From the UHGV virus genome UHGV-1536779: a stretch of 36,133 nucleotides of DNA; one strand, written 5' to 3'. This DNA comes from a virus. Below are positions 25,547 to 35,010 of the stretch, piece by piece. The notes below the pieces were generated by a model. The model was not told where the DNA came from. It searched no databases and saw only the letters and a program-made list of their open reading frames with translations. The stretch's first letter is position 1. Each line of letters begins with the position of its first letter. Both the position numbers and the translations under genes were made by a program.

Positions 25547-26256
25547 TTTTTATGAATCGTGATGAACCTAATTTCATTTGGAAAGGTTTGAATGCGGTTC
25601 GTGATATGGGATGTATCATCGAAAATGAACTACCAGACATTTTACCAAACAAGCGATATGATACGTATTCCATAGTTGGTAGAAGTGGTGAATTTAATGA
25701 AACATTCAACGACTATGAACCTTTTGATTATGAAATTGAAGATGTAACTATTCCTTATGAGAACTTAAAAGAAGTCAAGCGTTGGTTAACTGGTAAAAGC
25801 AAGCTTATCACTCATAATGACGAGGACAAATATTTAGATGCTATTTGTGCAATAAGCAAGCCAATCTCATTCAAAAATGAATGGGGTGTTTTTTATACCT
25901 TTAACATTGAATTTAGATGTCAACCGTTCAAGAGAAAAGTCAATGAACAACCTGTACTAATTAAAACGAAAGCAGTTGAAATCACTGATCATGGCGATGA
26001 AACAGCATTTCCTTATATCGAGATTGATTCAAAAGGCGGCGATATTACGCTAAGTATTGGCAGTAATTCACTAACGATTTTACGTACACAAACAGGAATC
26101 GTCACTATTGATAACGAAAAAGGGAAAGTGATACAAGAAGGGCTACCATTGTTTACTCGTGGTAGTTGGATAAAAACGAATCCTGGTCAAAATACATTAA
26201 ATATATCAGGAAATTTCACAGAAGCTAAGTTTTGGAATAGGAGCGCGTATTTATGA
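25543..26256 (+). CDS. Distal tail protein (Dit)
   Basis: 237 aa directly downstream of the tape measure gene. Siphovirus tail-component pattern. Confidence 0.7.
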   Translation: MIFMNRDEPNFIWKGLNAVRDMGCIIENELPDILPNKRYDTYSIVGRSGEFNETFNDYEPFDYEIEDVTIPYENLKEVKRWLTGKSKLITHNDEDKYLDAICAISKPISFKNEWGVFYTFNIEFRCQPFKRKVNEQPVLIKTKAVEITDHGDETAFPYIEIDSKGGDITLSIGSNSLTILRTQTGIVTIDNEKGKVIQEGLPLFTRGSWIKTNPGQNTLNISGNFTEAKFWNRSAYL

Positions 26257-29048
26257 AACAAAATTTTATTTATGCATATACGGCTATTCCTGAAAATTTA
26301 AATGATAACGGAATGGCTTTGCCAGATTGGCAAGATTTACCAGAAATTAACCGTGTGTTAAATGGTGCGTATCGATTCTATGGTAACTATGCAAGAGATG
26401 GCCAATATCGCTCGTACTTAAAAAAAGGAAACTTTTTAAAGGCACAAGTTGAAGATGGATCGTATCAATATTTTGAGATTTACAATATTAAAAAAAATCT
26501 GCAGTCAGTTTCAGTGACAGCAAGACACATTGGTTTTATGGCAAATAAGAATTTCATTATTAATTCATTCACTGCTAACGGAAATGGCACGCAAATCATG
26601 AACAATTTAAAGGTTGCATTAACGTTTAAGCAACGGTTTAATTATTTGTCGAATGTCGGTACTACACATCAGTTTACGGCGAAACAAGTTGGCCCAATTG
26701 ATGCAATCATTGGTTCTAACAATGGTAACCAAAATTTAACAGGTGTTACTGGTGGAGAATTAGAGATGGATAACTTTAATTTGAAATTGGTTAAACAAAT
26801 TGGAACGGATAATGGCTTTAGAATTGATTTTGGGGTTAATTTGGAAGCTATAGATGAGGACTACGACGACGAATCGATTATAAACAGTCTCTTTCTTATC
26901 GGTGGCGTACCAGACAATGATTATGACCAAGATAAAGAGCCAATTACGTACGGTTTTTTAGAAATTGCTGGTGTAAATGATAGTAATCGACGAATCGGAA
27001 AACGTGAAAACTCGGAATGTAAGACGACTGATGAGCTAAAAAAATGGGGCCAATCATTGTTTGATAAGGATCGTATTCATGAACCGAAAGTTACGCATAC
27101 TATTAGCATGGTAGCATTAGAACACACATTGGAGTATGAAGATATTTACGAAGAGCTTTCTTCTTTGCATTTCGGCGATGTAGCGCATGTCAGAGCAAAG
27201 GAAGTTGATATTGAAGTAACAGAACGAATGGTTGAATATACTTGGTTCCCAACTTTAGGCAAATTCAAAGATATTGTTTTGGGAAATGATTTATCACTCT
27301 ACACCTCAACTGCAAATAATCAAACCCAAGAATTGAAACGGAAAATCGACAATAGAACGGAAACATTAGTACAAAATGTTTTAAATGCAACGGCATGGAT
27401 CACTGGAAATAGTGGTGGGCATGTCGTTTTTCGTCCAGAAAAGGCACCGTCTGAAATTCTTATCATGGATACAAATAAAGTTGCAACTGCAAAACGTGTG
27501 TGGCGTTGGAATTTAAACGGTTTAGGTTATTCCGACAATGGCGTTAATGGGCCTTTTGGAATTGCTATGACATCTAAAGGTGAAATAGTGGCTAACTTTA
27601 TTAAAGTAGGGATTATTGACGTTAATGTTTTACAAACAAGTTTCAATAAAGCAACTGGAGATGTACTTAAACTAGTATCTGGTGCTTTACAAATTTGGAA
27701 TGAAAAGACAAAAATCATGGAATTGACCAAAAAAGGTATGGAGTTCTGGAATGGCAATAGTCATGTTGGCACAATGGGAACAAAAGGGAATCCTTTTCCT
27801 GAATTAAACGATGTTAACGGAAATCCAGTCGTTACAGATGGCAAAGCATTGTTACTAGTAGGCGATAGTTCTTATAACACAATTGGATTATCTAACGAAA
27901 AAAATACAGGACTTGTCTTATCTGGTAAAAATCAGTTTCATTTGGGAAATCATTTTTATTTTATTGGTAAAGATGGTACTCCTTCAACGATATATGCAGA
28001 TAAAATGTTTTTACAAGGTAAAGAAGTTATCCCTGGTCAAAATGGTGGTGGTGGTTCTGGGGCTGGTACAGGTGGTTATCCACCAGAAGTTACAAGTGAT
28101 GCAGATAAATTTGCTTGGGACTTATGGAGTTACCTTTTAGCTAACGGATACAGTAAAGCAGCTGCTGCAGGTATTCTCGGAAATGTTCAAGGTGAAGTTG
28201 GCCCAAGTATGAACCCAGATACCGAACAAATAGGTGGGCCAGCTTACGGATGGGTTCAATGGGATGGTTCAGCGTATCCATTGGTAGGCGCCCCAACTTG
28301 GAATGGTCGAGAATACGTACAACGCTTAATCGCGGCAGCGGGTATCAAACAAGACTACAGGACGTCATTAGCCCAAGCACAATTAATTAATTGGTGTATG
28401 TTTAACGGACAATGGTCAGGCCAGGTTAATCCGTTAACAGTTGATGAATTTAAAGTTGTTAGCTCACCTAAAACAGCGGCATATGCGTTTGAATTAAACT
28501 TTGAACGACCAGCGGCAGCTCATCCTGAAAGACAAACCTATGCGCAAACGTGGTATGACAAATTTAAAGATTTGAAAGCTTCTACTGCGACAGGAAAAGC
28601 TGGGATAGAGCATTTAGAGACCTTAATGGGGAAATGGTTAGGTAATGGCCAATGTTACGCAGTTCCAGCCGAATATTCTGGTTTTATGGGTGGCTGTGGT
28701 TTAGGTGCAGGTACAATTTATGGATTGTCACATGTAATTGGTGATACATCAGCAGCTGCAGACATTGGCGAAGCGTATGATTGGAATGCGGTTGGCTGGA
28801 AAGTAATCTCAAACCCTACGTATAAAGATTTAGTCGTAGGAGCTATCGTCAATATTAGACGAAGTGGACAATGGGGATCAGGTTGGACAGTAGACCCAAC
28901 ATACGGTCACACGGGCGTGATTTATGGCTTAGATAACGGACGTATCCAAACCATAGAACAGAATGCAGAGCAAGGTCAAATTGTCGCAAAATATGACCGT
29001 CTTTATTTTGACGGTTCTATCCAATCAATAGTAATACCACCAAAATAA
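26253..29048 (+). CDS. Tail-associated lysin (Tal): prophage-tail endopeptidase N-domain, lysozyme-like domain and C-terminal CHAP domain
   Basis: 931 aa. GILGNVQGEVG ... GWVQW resembles the phage tail lysozyme fold. The C-terminus carries CHAP catalytic Cys (NGQCYAVPAEYSG) and His (YGHTGVIYG). Confidence 0.8.
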   Translation: MKQNFIYAYTAIPENLNDNGMALPDWQDLPEINRVLNGAYRFYGNYARDGQYRSYLKKGNFLKAQVEDGSYQYFEIYNIKKNLQSVSVTARHIGFMANKNFIINSFTANGNGTQIMNNLKVALTFKQRFNYLSNVGTTHQFTAKQVGPIDAIIGSNNGNQNLTGVTGGELEMDNFNLKLVKQIGTDNGFRIDFGVNLEAIDEDYDDESIINSLFLIGGVPDNDYDQDKEPITYGFLEIAGVNDSNRRIGKRENSECKTTDELKKWGQSLFDKDRIHEPKVTHTISMVALEHTLEYEDIYEELSSLHFGDVAHVRAKEVDIEVTERMVEYTWFPTLGKFKDIVLGNDLSLYTSTANNQTQELKRKIDNRTETLVQNVLNATAWITGNSGGHVVFRPEKAPSEILIMDTNKVATAKRVWRWNLNGLGYSDNGVNGPFGIAMTSKGEIVANFIKVGIIDVNVLQTSFNKATGDVLKLVSGALQIWNEKTKIMELTKKGMEFWNGNSHVGTMGTKGNPFPELNDVNGNPVVTDGKALLLVGDSSYNTIGLSNEKNTGLVLSGKNQFHLGNHFYFIGKDGTPSTIYADKMFLQGKEVIPGQNGGGGSGAGTGGYPPEVTSDADKFAWDLWSYLLANGYSKAAAAGILGNVQGEVGPSMNPDTEQIGGPAYGWVQWDGSAYPLVGAPTWNGREYVQRLIAAAGIKQDYRTSLAQAQLINWCMFNGQWSGQVNPLTVDEFKVVSSPKTAAYAFELNFERPAAAHPERQTYAQTWYDKFKDLKASTATGKAGIEHLETLMGKWLGNGQCYAVPAEYSGFMGGCGLGAGTIYGLSHVIGDTSAAADIGEAYDWNAVGWKVISNPTYKDLVVGAIVNIRRSGQWGSGWTVDPTYGHTGVIYGLDNGRIQTIEQNAEQGQIVAKYDRLYFDGSIQSIVIPPK

Positions 29049-29065
29049 CGAAAGGAGGCTTTTTT

Positions 29066-29971
29066 ATGGTTAAATGGCAAGCAACACTAAGCACTACGGA
29101 GCCATACAATTACATTGGTATTCAAAATGTACGGCAAGGGAACCGAAATACCGAGGTTTTAGAAGCTGTATTAGTTGAAAATGCTTTGCCACTTGATTTA
29201 ACAGGTTGCGAAGTATTTTTTGAATCAGTTATTGATAAAAAGTATCCGATTCAACGAGCAGCAAAAATTGTGAATGCCAAAAAAGGGATTATCCAGTATA
29301 CCTTTGATGAATATTCTATGCAGTCATTGCACAGACAGGAAGCATATTTCAGTATTCATAAAGGCGACAATCTAATTGGCTCAACGCAGAACTTTTCTTA
29401 CTTTGTTGTGAATGCTGCTTCTAAAACAGAAGGTGAAATGGGTTCGTATTGGCAATCAATAGAAGATTTGATAGCTGATATGACCGCTTTTATCAATGAA
29501 AATAAAGGCGATTTCACAGCATGGATGAACGCTAGAAAAGAAGAGTTTGAGGAATGGCGCAAAAATCAACAAGATACATTTAAAGCTTGGCGAAACGGCC
29601 AAGAAACAGATTATCTAATGTGGTTCGAATCAATCAAAGATATTTTAAAAACTGTTGATCCAGGCGGCACAATGTTAGCCGAATTAATGGATGCACGTGT
29701 AGACATACAAGGAGTGCGCCACAATTCACTTTCAGAGCGTTTATTGGCTGATATGAATTATTTGTATCAGAGATTAGAGGAACGCTTATTTACACTAAAA
29801 CATGGCAATGTAAGTACACTGGAAATTCTTCAAGATGATTCATTTTCAATCAATCATCAAGTGAAAGTAATCGGTAGTGTTAACCGTCCGATGAAAGATG
29901 GCGCATTGATTATTGCTACAATTGATGATGAAAAACAAAACACGTTTAGAATTGAGGGTGTTAGTAAATGA
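29066..29971 (+). CDS. Baseplate upper protein (BppU-like N-domain) / receptor-binding protein shoulder
   Basis: 301 aa. N-terminal MVKWQATLSTTEPYNYIGIQNVRQG ... LDLTGCEVFF fits the BppU N-domain pattern. Position after Tal. Confidence 0.55.
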   Translation: MVKWQATLSTTEPYNYIGIQNVRQGNRNTEVLEAVLVENALPLDLTGCEVFFESVIDKKYPIQRAAKIVNAKKGIIQYTFDEYSMQSLHRQEAYFSIHKGDNLIGSTQNFSYFVVNAASKTEGEMGSYWQSIEDLIADMTAFINENKGDFTAWMNARKEEFEEWRKNQQDTFKAWRNGQETDYLMWFESIKDILKTVDPGGTMLAELMDARVDIQGVRHNSLSERLLADMNYLYQRLEERLFTLKHGNVSTLEILQDDSFSINHQVKVIGSVNRPMKDGALIIATIDDEKQNTFRIEGVSK

Positions 29972-30285
29972 TTGAATCAAAAAGAATGATGGAAACAGAT
30001 GAAAAAGGCGTTAAGCGTCAGTTTTTTCCGATGACACACGTATCAGCAATCATTGGATTATCAGAAATAATGGGCGGGCAATCGATGGTTTCATCTGTTA
30101 ACGGAAGATCAGGTCCAGTAATTATTACACGTGCAGATTTAGATTTACCTAAAGATGGTGTGATGATATCTCAAGAAGAATATTCAAAAATCACACAAAT
30201 CATCGCAGATTATGAAGCAGGTAAACTAGGTGGTTCTAGTGTGGAATTTGAAAAAGTAAAAGGAGATGAAGAATCAAATGCCTGA
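29968..30285 (+). CDS. Small tail-fibre module protein (paralog A)
   Basis: 105 aa. Contains VSSVNGRSGPVIITRADLDLPKDG, shared with the next ORF. Confidence 0.5.
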   Translation: MIESKRMMETDEKGVKRQFFPMTHVSAIIGLSEIMGGQSMVSSVNGRSGPVIITRADLDLPKDGVMISQEEYSKITQIIADYEAGKLGGSSVEFEKVKGDEESNA

Positions 30286-30595
30286 TTTATATGTAGTTAA
30301 AAAAGACGGCGTAGCTATTGATGTACAAACTAGTACAACTGGTGTTGTTGGATTAAATGAATTTGTAGATGCAAAACTTGGTGATGCTGGAGCAGGTACT
30401 GTTTCATCTGTAAATGGTCATACAGGCGAAGTTATATTGAATGCTGCTGACGTAAAAGCATTGCCTGACACTACTGTTATTCCAACAATACCAAGTAATG
30501 CTACTGCTGAAAAAGACGGTTTAATGTCTAAAACGGATAAAGCGAAACTGGATGCATTGCCAGTTTTCACATTTGAAAAGGTGGGTGAAGTTTAA
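30278..30595 (+). CDS. Small tail-fibre module protein (paralog B)
   Basis: Start at MPDLYVV (30278; GGAG lies upstream). Contains VSSVNGHTGEVILNAADVKALPDT. Confidence 0.5.
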   Translation: MPDLYVVKKDGVAIDVQTSTTGVVGLNEFVDAKLGDAGAGTVSSVNGHTGEVILNAADVKALPDTTVIPTIPSNATAEKDGLMSKTDKAKLDALPVFTFEKVGEV

Positions 30596-31083
30596 TGGAT
30601 ATTGTTCAATTAATGGAAAACAATGAGCCAAAAGCAATGGCAACTGTGGTAGAAGCTGTCGATGGATTAAAAAACTATCCAACTAAAGCAGATGCCGACA
30701 AATCATATCAAAAGATTATTCAAGGATCACCGCTATGGACCGGTGTGTGGTATGGTGGAGCTTCCGGAAGTGGCACAACACCATCAAAGCCACTGTCGCA
30801 GTGCCAAAATGGTTGGATTTTGCAATGGCAGGAAATGAGTTCAACAGGACAAGCCAATGACGCAGTTTTTCAATTCCAGTACGTGCCAAAAAATCACATC
30901 TCTAATAGCGGGAGTGGTGGAACTGTGTTTAATTTAAACGCGTATAATGGCAAAAATCCTCAAACAAAATATTTGTATATAAAAGATGCAAAAATCACTG
31001 GTCATGATTTAAATGCACCTGACGGTACAGCTGCTGGATCGGGGAATAAAATGTATATTTTGACAAAAATTTTCGAATATTAG
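30595..31083 (+). CDS. Putative receptor-binding head-domain protein
   Basis: 162 aa. TAATG overlap with the upstream gene. G/S-rich segments. Distal position in the baseplate cluster. Confidence 0.45.
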   Translation: MDIVQLMENNEPKAMATVVEAVDGLKNYPTKADADKSYQKIIQGSPLWTGVWYGGASGSGTTPSKPLSQCQNGWILQWQEMSSTGQANDAVFQFQYVPKNHISNSGSGGTVFNLNAYNGKNPQTKYLYIKDAKITGHDLNAPDGTAAGSGNKMYILTKIFEY

Positions 31084-31093
31084 GAGGGGTAAA

Positions 31094-31414
31094 ATGAAAA
31101 TATGGATTGATAATGTAAAAGGGTTTTTGCAAGGTTATTCACTAGTAGAACAACCGAAAACAATTGAAGTTGAAGTAAATGAAGATTTTTCTGACTTCTT
31201 CAATTATCGATGGGATGGAACGAGTTTAATTTACGATCCTGACAACGTCCCAGAACCTGCCCCAACACCACCAACGGAATTGGAACTTTTACAAAAACAG
31301 AATGCTGAACTAATGAAGCAAGTTTCTCAGCAAAATCAAGTTATTCAACAAACTCAAAGAATGACTGGTGAATTGATGAAACAAGTAGCTGAACTTACGA
31401 AAGGGGCGGAATAA
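31094..31414 (+). CDS. Hypothetical tail/baseplate-associated protein with C-terminal coiled-coil
   Basis: 106 aa. GGAGGGG RBS. ELELLQKQNAELMKQ coiled-coil. Confidence 0.5.
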   Translation: MKIWIDNVKGFLQGYSLVEQPKTIEVEVNEDFSDFFNYRWDGTSLIYDPDNVPEPAPTPPTELELLQKQNAELMKQVSQQNQVIQQTQRMTGELMKQVAELTKGAE

Positions 31415-31415
31415 G

Positions 31416-31571
31416 ATGAAAACGAATGTTTTTCCAGGTTTCGATAATATTAAACAGTTGTATGATTGGAATTGTTATACAAAACAGGATTTAGTTGATT
31501 ACGTGAATATGAATTGTTTAACCGAAGAAGAATACACAAAAATTTGTGGGGAACCGTTTAGCGAAAGCTAG
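31416..31571 (+). CDS. XkdX-family small phage protein (51 aa), not in the ORF track
   Basis: Translates to MKTNVFPGFDNIKQLYDWNCYTKQDLVDYVNMNCLTEEEYTKICGEPFSES. Matches the XkdX pattern (W..Y.K.D...V..G.IT.EEY..ITGE). Confidence 0.5.
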   Translation: MKTNVFPGFDNIKQLYDWNCYTKQDLVDYVNMNCLTEEEYTKICGEPFSES

Positions 31572-31604
31572 ACGGTTTTATTGTAAGTAGAAAGTAGGTG
31601 CAGG

Positions 31605-31826
31605 ATGAACTTAACACTAGAACAATGGTTAGCGCTGATTACATTTTTAGGCGGAATTATCTTCGCATTAATGAAATTCTATCATGTCTTTTCTCAATTA
31701 GAAGATAGCATGAAAGAACTAAAACAGGCTGTTGACCGATTAAATAACCATGAAGTGCGTATTAGTCGATTGGAAGAACAAAATAAAACCCTCTTTCGAG
31801 GAATTGGAGGAAATAAAAATGATTGA
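31605..31826 (+). CDS. Small membrane protein with coiled-coil (holin-associated / XhlA-like candidate)
   Basis: 73 aa. N-terminal TM (WLALITFLGGIIFALM), then a coiled-coil. Immediately upstream of and overlapping the holin. Confidence 0.4.
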   Translation: MNLTLEQWLALITFLGGIIFALMKFYHVFSQLEDSMKELKQAVDRLNNHEVRISRLEEQNKTLFRGIGGNKND

Positions 31827-32055
31827 TTGGAAATCAAGAATAAAAAACAAACAATTCTGGTTGTCTCTTATTCCTGCAGTTTTGTTACTTATTCAAGTAG
31901 TTGCAGTTCCTTTTGGGTATAAATTTCAAATTGATGTGATTAATCAGCAACTGCTAGATGTTGTCAATGCAGTGTTTGTTGTATTAACTATTTTAGGAAT
32001 TGTGACAGACCATACAACGCCTGGTTTATCAGATAAAAAGGAGACAAATAAATGA
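31819..32055 (+). CDS. Holin, phiLC3 family
   Basis: Start at [28 protein letters not shown]... (GGAGG 8 nt upstream). Two TM segments and the [11 protein letters not shown] tail match the phiLC3-type holin pattern. ATGA overlap with the lysin. Confidence 0.65.
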   Translation: MIDWKSRIKNKQFWLSLIPAVLLLIQVVAVPFGYKFQIDVINQQLLDVVNAVFVVLTILGIVTDHTTPGLSDKKETNK

Positions 32056-33290
32056 AAAAGAAAATTTTAGCAGGAGCGTTAATCGCTCTATTTTTTATGC
32101 CTTTAAATGTATTTGCTGCAAAGGGTGATCAAGGCGTTGATTTGTCTATTTGGAATGGATATCAAGCAACATTTGGTTATTCACATGATAAATTCTCAAT
32201 TTCACAAATTGGTGGGCAAAATAACTATGGAATTTATGATCAAGTTACTTATTCTAGTCAAGTAGCTAGTACGATTGCTCAAGGTAAACGAGCACATACG
32301 TATGTATGGTGGCAAAATGTCCTTACCTACGAAAATGCAAAGCAAGTATTAGATTATTTTTTACCTAAAGTTCAAACACCAAAGGGATCAATTGTCGCCT
32401 TAGATGCGGAAGACGGCGTTCAATCGACGGATGTAACGCTATGGGCGTTAGACTATATCAAAGAGGCTGGATATACACCGATGCTTTACGGATACAAAGG
32501 GTATCTTACTTCAGCTTATGATCTATCACGAATTGCAAAGAAGTATCAATTATGGATGGCAGAATATCCAGATTATGAAGTGACACCTTATCCAAATTAC
32601 AATTATTTTCCTTCATTTGAAAATATCGGTATTTTTCAGTTCACGTCAACCTACGTTGCAGGAGGGCTAGATGGTAACGTTGATTTAACAGGTATTACTG
32701 ATAATGGTTATACAAAAAATAACCAACCAGAAACAAACACACCAGCTATTGAAGAAGGTAAAGAAGTTGAAAAAACACCTACTTCTGCAGTAAAAGTCGG
32801 TGACACGGTCAAAGTGAAATTTAATGTTGATGCTTGGGCAACTGGTGAAGCTATTCCAGATTGGGTAAAAGGAAACAGCTACAAAGTGCAAGAAGTAACT
32901 GGAAGCAGAGTATTGCTAGAAGGTATCTTGTCATGGATTAGCAAAGGCGATATTGAATTGTTGCCAGATGCTACAACTGTTCCCAATAAGCAACCAGAAG
33001 CAACACACGTGGTTCAATATGGCGAAACATTATCGAGCATTGCGTACCAATACGGAACAGATTATCAAACGTTGGCGGCATTAAATGGATTGGCTAATCC
33101 AAATCTTATTTATCCTGGTCAAGTTTTGAAAGTCAATGGATCAGCAGTAAGCAACGTTTATACAGTTCTATACGGTGATAATTTATCAAGTATTGCAGCC
33201 AAACTCGGCACTACTTATCAAGCCTTAGCTGCATTAAACGGATTAGCAAATCCTAACCTGATTTATCCTGGTCAAACATTGAATTATTAA
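32052..33290 (+). CDS. Endolysin: Sec signal peptide, GH25 muramidase and two LysM repeats
   Basis: N-terminal [25 protein letters not shown] signal peptide. GH25-like GVDLSIWNG. Two C-terminal LysM repeats ([39 protein letters not shown] and a second copy). Confidence 0.85.
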   Translation: MKKKILAGALIALFFMPLNVFAAKGDQGVDLSIWNGYQATFGYSHDKFSISQIGGQNNYGIYDQVTYSSQVASTIAQGKRAHTYVWWQNVLTYENAKQVLDYFLPKVQTPKGSIVALDAEDGVQSTDVTLWALDYIKEAGYTPMLYGYKGYLTSAYDLSRIAKKYQLWMAEYPDYEVTPYPNYNYFPSFENIGIFQFTSTYVAGGLDGNVDLTGITDNGYTKNNQPETNTPAIEEGKEVEKTPTSAVKVGDTVKVKFNVDAWATGEAIPDWVKGNSYKVQEVTGSRVLLEGILSWISKGDIELLPDATTVPNKQPEATHVVQYGETLSSIAYQYGTDYQTLAALNGLANPNLIYPGQVLKVNGSAVSNVYTVLYGDNLSSIAAKLGTTYQALAALNGLANPNLIYPGQTLNY

Positions 33291-33296
33291 AAACAG

Positions 33297-33331
33297 CCCC
33301 TCTTAAATGAGGGGGAATACATAGATTTTTT
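33297..33331 (+). terminator. Weak hairpin CCCCTC-TTAAAT-GAGGGG with a distal T-run
   Basis: 6-bp GC stem after the lysin stop. The T6 run lies about 11 nt downstream. Confidence 0.3.
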
Positions 33332-33415
33332 AAGAAGCTTGCAATTACTGATAAATAATTTTACACTAATAATATGTAGAATAAATAAATTATATTTTGA
33401 AAGTGGGGAAGCGTA

Positions 33416-34000
33416 TTGAAAAAAACAATATTAGTTATGGGATTGGCATTAATTTTATTTACAGGGTGTGGCCAGAAAAAGGTTGAATCAGAGAAAAGTA
33501 GTTCGTCGTATTCTGTAACCTCGCAAAGCAAACAGCAAGAGCTTAGTTCATCAAAATCAAGTGATAAGTTATCTAGCAGTATGACTTCCAGTGATAAAAA
33601 TAGTAGTGTATCAACGAGTTCAATGGAAGATTCATCTGTGAGTGTTGATTCAGGAAAATCTTTAGATACTGATGCCATTACTAAAGGAGATTTTAGTTCA
33701 TTAGTGGGGACATGGGAAAATAGCGAAGGTAAACGATTGGACATTAAGAGTGATGGGACTGTTAATGAAAATATGAAAGTAGAAATTGATACAATAGGTC
33801 AATCCGATACTAGTATTCCAACCGTATCAGTACAACCCAAAAAACCTGCTGCTGGTGGTTTTCTTTTATTCCTATTTGAAAAAGATGTAGAAAACCCTAA
33901 AGGGGACAATTCAGATGTATCAAAAGATAGAATTGTTGGATCGCAAAATAGTATAGGACCTTTTCAGTCTGATGCATACTATTATCGAGTATCTATATAA
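33416..34000 (+). CDS. Ser-rich surface lipoprotein (moron)
   Basis: TTG start 7 nt after GGGGAAG. MKKTILVMGLALILFTG-C lipobox. Long S/K/D low-complexity linker. Followed by its own strong terminator. Confidence 0.65.
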   Translation: MKKTILVMGLALILFTGCGQKKVESEKSSSSYSVTSQSKQQELSSSKSSDKLSSSMTSSDKNSSVSTSSMEDSSVSVDSGKSLDTDAITKGDFSSLVGTWENSEGKRLDIKSDGTVNENMKVEIDTIGQSDTSIPTVSVQPKKPAAGGFLLFLFEKDVENPKGDNSDVSKDRIVGSQNSIGPFQSDAYYYRVSI

Positions 34001-34007
34001 ATTTAAG

Positions 34008-34032
34008 TTGCCTTAGTCAAGGCAATTTGTTT
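34008..34032 (+). terminator. Intrinsic terminator TTGCCTT-AGTC-AAGGCAA followed by TTTGTTT
   Basis: Perfect 7-bp stem, tetraloop and T-tract. Confidence 0.75.
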
Positions 34033-34042
34033 CAATAATGTG

Positions 34043-34051
34043 TGGTATAGT
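34043..34051 (+). promoter_or_regulatory. Extended -10 element TGgTATAGT upstream of the STAS-GHKL cassette
   Basis: The TGn-TATAGT motif is read directly. No good -35 element, as is usual for extended -10 promoters. Confidence 0.35.
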
Positions 34052-34104
34052 CCAGAACTTTAAGTATATAATAGAGATAATTAAAGTAAAGTTGAGGTAA
34101 AAAA

Positions 34105-35010
34105 TTGGAGAGAGTAATCGAGATACCTGGTCAGTTTACCCAAAATACAATTGATTCAGTATTGGAAAATGTAATTAGACCAGATTTAACCCCTGTAAGT
34201 AAAAAAATTAAATTTGACCTTAGAAATATTAGTTTTATTGATCCGTGTGGTATGACTGCACTATATAATATTTGTTTATGGCTGCAAAAAACAGAAGAGG
34301 TAGATGCTTCATTCATACTTAATCCCAAAGAATCGGTACCTAAATATAATGAAAAACCCATGATGTATTTAGTAGACTGTGGTTTTTTTACAGAGTTTTT
34401 TGGGAATAATGAAATTTATAAAGTGCCTCATCGTAGGAATACAACGCTACCAGTTAGAACATTAAAATCAGAAGAGAGTTACAGTTGGAAGGAAAGTACA
34501 TTAAAACCGTGGATACAGAGATGTACAGGCAGATATTGTGAATATAGTAATATACAAACTGCTATAGATGAAATATTTAATAATATTTCAGATCATTCAA
34601 GTCAAAAAATTGGATGTGTATTTGCACAGTTCTTTCCAAAATGGAATAAAATAATCATATCAATATCTGATTTTGGAATTGGTATTCCCACCTCGTTAAG
34701 ATCATTATTTCCAGATAAAAGCGATGCTGAACTATTAGAAATCTCTTGTAAAGAAGGTGTTTCTACGCGGTCTAGTCCTAGAAACAGAGGGGCTGGATTG
34801 ACTAATATTATAAGAAGTTTAACAAATTCAAGTATAGGTACTGTTCATATTCAATCTAATTATGGTATTATAGAAATAGAAGATAAGAAAATAGCTAAGT
34901 TAGAAACTAGCACTAGTTTTTACCCAGGTACGTTGTTTTGCATAGAGCTATTTTTAGATAACGAAAGTCTTTATGATTTTGATGAAGAGGAGGAGTTTAC
35001 ATGGTTTTAA
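34105..35010 (+). CDS. Fusion protein: N-terminal STAS-like (anti-sigma-antagonist-like) domain plus C-terminal GHKL ATPase / RsbW-SpoIIAB-like serine-kinase domain
   Basis: TTG start 6 nt after GAGGT. N-terminal KFDLRNISFIDPCGMTALYNICLWL resembles the STAS core. The C-terminus carries Bergerat-fold motifs: N-box (IDEIFNNISDHS), G1 (ISISDFGIGIP) and G2 (NRGAGLTNI). Confidence 0.55.
   Translation: MERVIEIPGQFTQNTIDSVLENVIRPDLTPVSKKIKFDLRNISFIDPCGMTALYNICLWLQKTEEVDASFILNPKESVPKYNEKPMMYLVDCGFFTEFFGNNEIYKVPHRRNTTLPVRTLKSEESYSWKESTLKPWIQRCTGRYCEYSNIQTAIDEIFNNISDHSSQKIGCVFAQFFPKWNKIIISISDFGIGIPTSLRSLFPDKSDAELLEISCKEGVSTRSSPRNRGAGLTNIIRSLTNSSIGTVHIQSNYGIIEIEDKKIAKLETSTSFYPGTLFCIELFLDNESLYDFDEEEEFTWF

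Larger units (their letters stand above)
1..33290. mobile_element. Temperate siphovirus-like prophage, minimal core from integrase to endolysin; the true right boundary lies somewhere between 33291 and the window end and is unresolved
   Basis: Contiguous lysogeny, replication, packaging, head, tail and lysis modules in canonical order. Serine integrase at the left edge. Downstream morons are insulated by terminators. Confidence 0.85.

Noticed and set aside
27883-28140. Plus-strand 85-aa ORF inside the Tal gene (and 22232-22417 inside the major tail gene)
   Set aside because: Alternative-frame ORFs nested within long, well-supported structural genes, with no RBS. Chance open frames.
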